From: Pelagibacterales bacterium SAG-MED30
Lineage (GTDB): Bacteria; Pseudomonadota; Alphaproteobacteria; Pelagibacterales; Pelagibacteraceae
Reading direction: 5' to 3'
Assembly: GCA_014653775.1 (NCBI GenBank)
Contig: JACWEA010000003.1
Span: 603 to 64,602 of the forward strand
Length of the DNA: 64,000 bases
Below are positions 59,197 to 64,000 of this stretch, piece after piece. A program made the position numbers and the translations under genes. Positions within the stretch are counted from its first letter, which is position 1. Each line of letters starts with the position of its first letter. The notes under the pieces were generated by a model. That model was not told the origin of the DNA. It ran no database searches and saw only the letters and a list, made by a program, of their open reading frames with translations.

Positions 59197-60041
59197 ATGG
59201 TTACTCAAAAATAAAATCATTTGCTAAAATTAATTTAGCACTAAATGTTCTTGGAAAATCATTATCAATTCATAAAATAGAAAGTATTGTATCCTTTCTT
59301 GGTTTAAATGATGAAATATTTGTCAAAGAAATAAATAAAAATAAACATATCATTAAATTTATAGGAAAATTTTCAAAAAATATTGGCAAGATAAATACAA
59401 TATCAAAATTATTGGAAATACTTGATAAAAAAAATTTACTTAAAGATAAAAAATATGCAATTAAAATTAAAAAGAATATTCCTACCCAAGCTGGACTTGG
59501 TGGAGGCTCAATGAATGCAGCTACTTTTTTTAAGTTTTTGATAAAAAAACAAAAAATTAAAATCAGTCAAAAAAAAATCGGAGAAATATCAAATTTTGTA
59601 GGTTCTGATGTTATATTAGGTATGTACTGTAAAAATTTAATATTAAAATCAAATGGTTCTATTAATATTATTTCGAACGTAGAAAGTAAAAATGTTTTAG
59701 TTATTAAGCCAAATTTCGGCTGCTCTACTAAAAAGATTTATTCAAAAGTAAAAAAATTTAATAGCTCTAGATTTAAAAAACCTAATAAAAAATTATTCAG
59801 TTATCTTGAATTAAAAAAAATGAGCAATGATTTAGAAATAATTGCTTTAAGAATTTATCCAAAACTTAAATTATTAAAAGTTTTTTTAGAAAAACTGCCA
59901 AATGTTAAATTAGTTAGAATGACAGGGTCTGGTTCAGCCATGATTGCTTATTTTTCTTCAAGTAAATTATGTAAACAAGCTGAAAAAAAAGTTAAAAAAC
60001 ATTTTAAAAAATACTGGTGTAAAATAGCAAAAACTATTTAA
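59193..60041 (+). CDS. ispE: 4-diphosphocytidyl-2-C-methyl-D-erythritol kinase
   Basis: AKINLAL, KNIPTQAGLGGGS, GSDV, RMTGSGS. Confidence 0.93.
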   Translation: MNGYSKIKSFAKINLALNVLGKSLSIHKIESIVSFLGLNDEIFVKEINKNKHIIKFIGKFSKNIGKINTISKLLEILDKKNLLKDKKYAIKIKKNIPTQAGLGGGSMNAATFFKFLIKKQKIKISQKKIGEISNFVGSDVILGMYCKNLILKSNGSINIISNVESKNVLVIKPNFGCSTKKIYSKVKKFNSSRFKKPNKKLFSYLELKKMSNDLEIIALRIYPKLKLLKVFLEKLPNVKLVRMTGSGSAMIAYFSSSKLCKQAEKKVKKHFKKYWCKIAKTI

Positions 60042-60074
60042 ATTTACTTCTATTATGTTATACGAATGTAGTAT

Positions 60075-60148
60075 TGGGGCGTAGCCAAGCGGTAAGGCAC
60101 GGGTTTTTGGTACCTGCATCCTAGGTTCGAATCCTAGCGCCCCAGCCA
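60075..60148 (+). tRNA. tRNA-Gln (anticodon TTG) with encoded CCA
   Basis: Acceptor TGGGGCG/CGCCCCA, D-arm GCCAAGCGGTAAGGC, anticodon stem CGGGT/ACCTG with loop TT-TTG-GT, T-arm CTAGG-TTCGAAT-CCTAG, discriminator G then CCA. Confidence 0.96.
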
Positions 60149-60151
60149 ATT

Positions 60152-61426
60152 ATGAATAAATTTTTAGATAAAATTTTATTACGCACGAATAATCTAGACT
60201 ATATTTCTCTAGCTATAAAAGATTTAAGTTTAAAGACTCCGGTCAATAAAATCTTTAATGCAATTAACAATCATTCAGATACTAGTGAAATTAGGTATGT
60301 TGGTGGATGTCTTAGAAAAATAATCAGAAGAGAAAAAGTAGATGATATAGATTTAGCGACTAATTTAAATCCTAAAGAAGTAATTTCTGCATTAAAAAAA
60401 AATGATATTAATTTTTATGAAACAGGAATAGAGCATGGTACTATTACTGTTATAATTGAAGATCATAAATTTGAAATCACTAGTTTAAGAGAAGATATTA
60501 ATACAGACGGCAGACATGCGAAGGTTAAATTTTCAATTGACTGGAAAAAAGATGCCTCAAGAAGAGATTTTTCTATTAACTCAATTTATTCAGATGCTAA
60601 TGGGAATTTATTTGATCCCTTTAATGGTAAAAAAGATTTAGAAAATGGGTTAATTAAATTTATTGGTAATCCAGAAGAAAGAATTAAAGAAGACTATTTA
60701 AGAATACTTCGCTATTTAAGATTTTTTTTAATTTATTCAAATCATAAACATGATCAAGAAATATTAAAAATATTAAGAAAAAATATAACTGGAATTTCAA
60801 ATTTATCAAAAGATAGATTATTTGACGAACTTAAAAAGTTTATAAAATCTAAAGTATTGGAAAAACTTTCAAATGATAAATATTCTTCTGAATTAATTGA
60901 AATTATTTTTCCTCAATTAAAAAAAATACAATTTTTCAAAAATCCAAATTCTTTTGCAAAAGCTAAATTGGATGAATGTGATGTTATATTTTTACTTTCA
61001 TTATTGATAATAGATGATTCTGATAATTTGGAATTTTTTATGTATAAATTTAACATTTCTAAAAAAAACCAAAAAAGATTAAAGATTATAAACGATTTTT
61101 TTAATACTAAAATTAGTAATACATCTTTTTCAGAAAGAAATTTAAATAAATTATTCTATTATAATGGTAAACAAGCCGTTATAGATGTTTTAAGTTATAG
61201 ATTATTTGTTTCAAAAAAAATTGATAAAAAGTTGATAGCTTTACTTGAAATTTTTAAATCTAAAATTATGCCAACTTTACCTATTACTGCACATACTTTG
61301 ATGTCTGAGCACAACATTCCTGAGGGAAAAACTTTAGGAAGCAAACTTAAAATGATTGAAGAAGAATGGGTTGATAATAATTTTGAATTATCGAGCAAAC
61401 AAATTAATAAAATAATAAGTCGTTAA
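60152..61426 (+). CDS. cca: CCA tRNA nucleotidyltransferase
   Basis: YVGGCLR, DIDLAT, GIEHGT, EITSLR.D..TDGRHA, RRDFSINS, EDYLRILR. Confidence 0.9.
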   Translation: MNKFLDKILLRTNNLDYISLAIKDLSLKTPVNKIFNAINNHSDTSEIRYVGGCLRKIIRREKVDDIDLATNLNPKEVISALKKNDINFYETGIEHGTITVIIEDHKFEITSLREDINTDGRHAKVKFSIDWKKDASRRDFSINSIYSDANGNLFDPFNGKKDLENGLIKFIGNPEERIKEDYLRILRYLRFFLIYSNHKHDQEILKILRKNITGISNLSKDRLFDELKKFIKSKVLEKLSNDKYSSELIEIIFPQLKKIQFFKNPNSFAKAKLDECDVIFLLSLLIIDDSDNLEFFMYKFNISKKNQKRLKIINDFFNTKISNTSFSERNLNKLFYYNGKQAVIDVLSYRLFVSKKIDKKLIALLEIFKSKIMPTLPITAHTLMSEHNIPEGKTLGSKLKMIEEEWVDNNFELSSKQINKIISR

Positions 61427-61899
61427 ATATATTTAACATCTTTAATCTCAAAGTTTTTAACCCCTGCTGGAGTATTAATTTCTACTAAATCATTTTTATT
61501 TTTTCCTATTAAACCTCGTCCAATAGGAGACTGGAAATATATTAGTTTTTGTTTTATATCTGCTTCATTTTTACAAACTATTTTGTAGTTTATTTTTTCA
61601 TTGGTATCTAAGTTTTCTAAAAATACTGTAGATCCAAAAATTACCTTACCATCATTATTAATCTTAGTAACATCAATCACATTTGCTCTAGCAATAATAT
61701 CATTTATCTCTGCTATTCTTCCTTCGTTATGAGATTGTTCTTCTTTAGCAGCATGATACTCAGCGTTTTCTTTAAGATCCCCATGAGATCTTGCTTCTGA
61801 GATCGCAGAAATAATTTCTGGTCTTTTTTTTTCTTTTAAAAAAACTAATTCTTCTTTTAATTTTTTCAAACAGTTTAGAGTAATAGGTTCTTTATCCAT
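61423..61899 (-). CDS. greA: Transcription elongation factor GreA
   Basis: EARSHGDLKENAEYHAAKE, FGSTV, SPIGRGLIGK. Confidence 0.96.
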   Translation of the reverse strand: MDKEPITLNCLKKLKEELVFLKEKKRPEIISAISEARSHGDLKENAEYHAAKEEQSHNEGRIAEINDIIARANVIDVTKINNDGKVIFGSTVFLENLDTNEKINYKIVCKNEADIKQKLIYFQSPIGRGLIGKNKNDLVEINTPAGVKNFEIKDVKYI

Positions 61900-61904
61900 T
61901 TTTA

Positions 61905-62729
61905 TTACCATTTTACTAAAGGAGGAAGTGACATTAAAATTCCCTCAACATTTCCACCAGTTTGTAATCCAAATTTTGTTCCTCTATCATAAAGTAAATT
62001 AAATTCAGCGTATCTACCTCTCTTAATATATTGTGATTCTTTATCTTGCAAAGTCCATTTTTTTTTTAATTTTTTTTTAATTGTTTTATTAAATAATATT
62101 TGAAAAGTTATTCCTACATCTCTGACAAATTTAAAATCTTTTTCAAAATTATCATTTTTATAATCAAAGAAAATTCCCCCAATTCCTCGCGCTTCATTTC
62201 GATGTGGTAAATAAAAATATTCATCACACCATTTTTTATATTTTTTATAATAATTTTTGCTATGTCTGTCACACATAGTTTTAAGATTTTTGTGAATATC
62301 TTTTTTCTCAAGACTATCCTTTTTGGAGGGTGTAAAATCCATACCTCCACCAAACCATTGTTGAGTAGTACAGATATACCGTGTATTAAAATGCATAGCG
62401 GGAATTAAAGGATTTTTCATATGCATTACTACTGAAACTCCAGAGGCCCAAAATCTTGGATCTTTTTTAGCACCAGGAATTTTTTTTTGTAATTTTTTTG
62501 GAAATTTTCCATATACTTTTGAAAAATTTATACCAACTTTTTCAAAAACTTTTCCATTTCTTAATAATCGATATTCACCTCCGCCTTCATTTTTTTTTAG
62601 ATTTCTTTTCCATGTAGTTGATTGAAATTTTATATTGTTATTTTCTAATTCATTTATATCGTTACAAAATGCATTTTGTAATAATTTAAACCAATTACTG
62701 GCCAAATCTTTTTTTATATCTAAATCCAT
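61905..62729 (-). CDS. hemF: Oxygen-dependent coproporphyrinogen III oxidase
   Basis: FEKVGINFS, HFNTRY, WFGGGMD.TP, CDEYFYLPHR.E.RGIGGIF, RGRYAEFNL. Confidence 0.96.
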   Translation of the reverse strand: MDLDIKKDLASNWFKLLQNAFCNDINELENNNIKFQSTTWKRNLKKNEGGGEYRLLRNGKVFEKVGINFSKVYGKFPKKLQKKIPGAKKDPRFWASGVSVVMHMKNPLIPAMHFNTRYICTTQQWFGGGMDFTPSKKDSLEKKDIHKNLKTMCDRHSKNYYKKYKKWCDEYFYLPHRNEARGIGGIFFDYKNDNFEKDFKFVRDVGITFQILFNKTIKKKLKKKWTLQDKESQYIKRGRYAEFNLLYDRGTKFGLQTGGNVEGILMSLPPLVKW

Positions 62730-63193
62730 CTAATCTGTCTTAAACTTTCAGCTATTATTATTGCTACTGAAGATGAAATATTTAATGATCTTTTATTTTT
62801 TTCCATAGGTATTTTAAGTTTATTTTTAATTATCTTATGTATTCTTTCTGGCACACCTGCGCTTTCACGCCCAAATAAAATTGTGTCTCCTTTTTTAAAT
62901 TTGAAAAAATGATAATTTATAGAAGCTTTTGTAGTCATCAATATAATTCTTTGACTATCTTTTTCCTTAAAAAAGTCATCTATACTTTGATAAAATTTTA
63001 TATCTTCTTCATTCAAGTAGTCCATAACCACTCTTTTAAATCTCTTGTCTGTTAATAAAAAACCACAAGGACCTATAATTTCTAGTTTTACCCCTAGGCA
63101 TGCACAAGTCCTTATAATTGCACCAGTATTTTGAGGTATATCTGGTTCAAACAATGCAATTTTGATGTCTTCTTGAGAGTATTTGTGTGTCAT
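62720..63193 (-). CDS. trmL: tRNA (cytidine/uridine-34-2'-O)-methyltransferase
   Basis: PDIPQNTG, MDY, FGRESAG, RSLN SPOUT motifs. Confidence 0.9.
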   Translation of the reverse strand: MTHKYSQEDIKIALFEPDIPQNTGAIIRTCACLGVKLEIIGPCGFLLTDKRFKRVVMDYLNEEDIKFYQSIDDFFKEKDSQRIILMTTKASINYHFFKFKKGDTILFGRESAGVPERIHKIIKNKLKIPMEKNKRSLNISSSVAIIIAESLRQIRWI

Positions 63194-63265
63194 TCTATCT
63201 ATGGAAAAAATACTATTTTATTATATGAAAATATATATTAAATAAATAAAACTTAAATTTTAAAC

Positions 63266-63775
63266 ATGTCAGATAAGAACCCAAAAAGAAGAGACTTTTT
63301 ATTTACAGCAACATATGCAATAGGAGTAGTGGGTATTGGTGCAGTAGCATGGCCTTTGATTGACCAGATGAATCCTGATGCGTCAGTGAAGGCATTAGCA
63401 AGTACTGAGGTTGATGTTAGTTCAGTTGAACCAGGAAATACAATAACTGTACTATGGAGAGGTAAACCAGTTTTTATTAGAAGAAGAACTCAAGATGAAA
63501 TAACTGAGGCAAAGAAAGTTAAAATGGAAGAATTGAAACATCCTGAAAAAGATGAGGATAGAGCAAAGGATCCAGAGTGGCTAGTAATGCTAGGTATTTG
63601 CACACACTTAGGGTGTGTACCCTTAAATGACAAAGGTGACTATAACGGGTGGTTTTGTCCTTGTCATGGTTCTCACTACGATACATCAGGTAGAATAAGA
63701 AAAGGACCTGCTCCAACAAACATGGAAGTTCCAAAATATGAGTTTGTAAATGCTAACACAATTAAAATTGGATAA
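63266..63775 (+). CDS. petA: Ubiquinol-cytochrome c reductase Rieske subunit
   Basis: Tat RRDFL, CTHLGC, CPCHGS, GPAP. Confidence 0.98.
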   Translation: MSDKNPKRRDFLFTATYAIGVVGIGAVAWPLIDQMNPDASVKALASTEVDVSSVEPGNTITVLWRGKPVFIRRRTQDEITEAKKVKMEELKHPEKDEDRAKDPEWLVMLGICTHLGCVPLNDKGDYNGWFCPCHGSHYDTSGRIRKGPAPTNMEVPKYEFVNANTIKIG

Positions 63776-63793
63776 AGAAAAAGAATAATTTAT

Positions 63794-64000
63794 ATGAGTG
63801 ATCATGACTATCAACCGAGTTCTAAGTTAGGAAAATGGTTTAACGATCGTTTACCTTTATTAACTCTTTCAAATCACCTAGCAGAATATCCAACACCAAA
63901 AAACTTAAATTATTGGTGGACTTTTGGAGGAATATTAACTTTTTGTTTGATTACTCAAATAGTTACAGGATTAACTTTAGCAATGCATTATATCGCTGAT
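63794..64000 (+). CDS. petB: Cytochrome b (3' partial, runs off the window)
   Basis: Translated by hand: [21 protein letters not shown]...[17 protein letters not shown]...[12 protein letters not shown]. Confidence 0.97.
   Translation, partial: MSDHDYQPSSKLGKWFNDRLPLLTLSNHLAEYPTPKNLNYWWTFGGILTFCLITQIVTGLTLAMHYIAD

Noticed and set aside
60075-60148. tRNA as integration site of a genomic island
   Set aside because: No integrase, no duplicated tRNA 3' end noticed, and core genes on both sides.
59967-60149. 60-aa minus-strand ORF MAGALGFEPR...
   Set aside because: Classic spurious ORF from the reverse complement of tRNA-Gln.

Overview
Very AT-rich, densely packed alphaproteobacterial chromosome segment whose gene content, tiny intergenic spacers and synteny fit a SAR11/Candidatus Pelagibacter genome (inference, not a database result). 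It is mostly core genome: cfa (partial), tldD-pmbA, typA, groEL/ES, ribF-ileS-lspA, pgi, rsmD-purD, the lipid A block lpxL-lpxK-waaA-msbA plus ubiA, thrC, prx, rnhA-thrB-ispH, the retinal cluster blh-crtY-crtB-crtI, F0 ATP synthase genes, smc, dsbA, dciA, mutY, ccrM, rnhB, udg, a frameshifted TPR gene, ispE, tRNA-Gln, cca, greA, hemF, trmL and petA-petB (partial). No mobile element, CRISPR array or rRNA was seen. Three things stand out. (1) The rsmE...ctaB-thrC locus, which in alphaproteobacteria normally holds the mitochondrial-like aa3 oxidase operon, instead holds a rearranged CoxMNOP-type oxidase with two subunit III paralogues, Sco, two tiny membrane ORFs and a RegA-like palindrome, with no ctaG or surf1. 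(2) A four-gene islet between typA and groEL encodes a histidine phosphatase, a methyltransferase, an atypical APS-kinase homologue and a sulfotransferase, next to an unannotated 38-aa basic ORF. (3) The 798-aa SMC appears to lack a hinge domain and lies about 4.4 kb from a parS-like palindrome and a GANTC-rich ccrM promoter.
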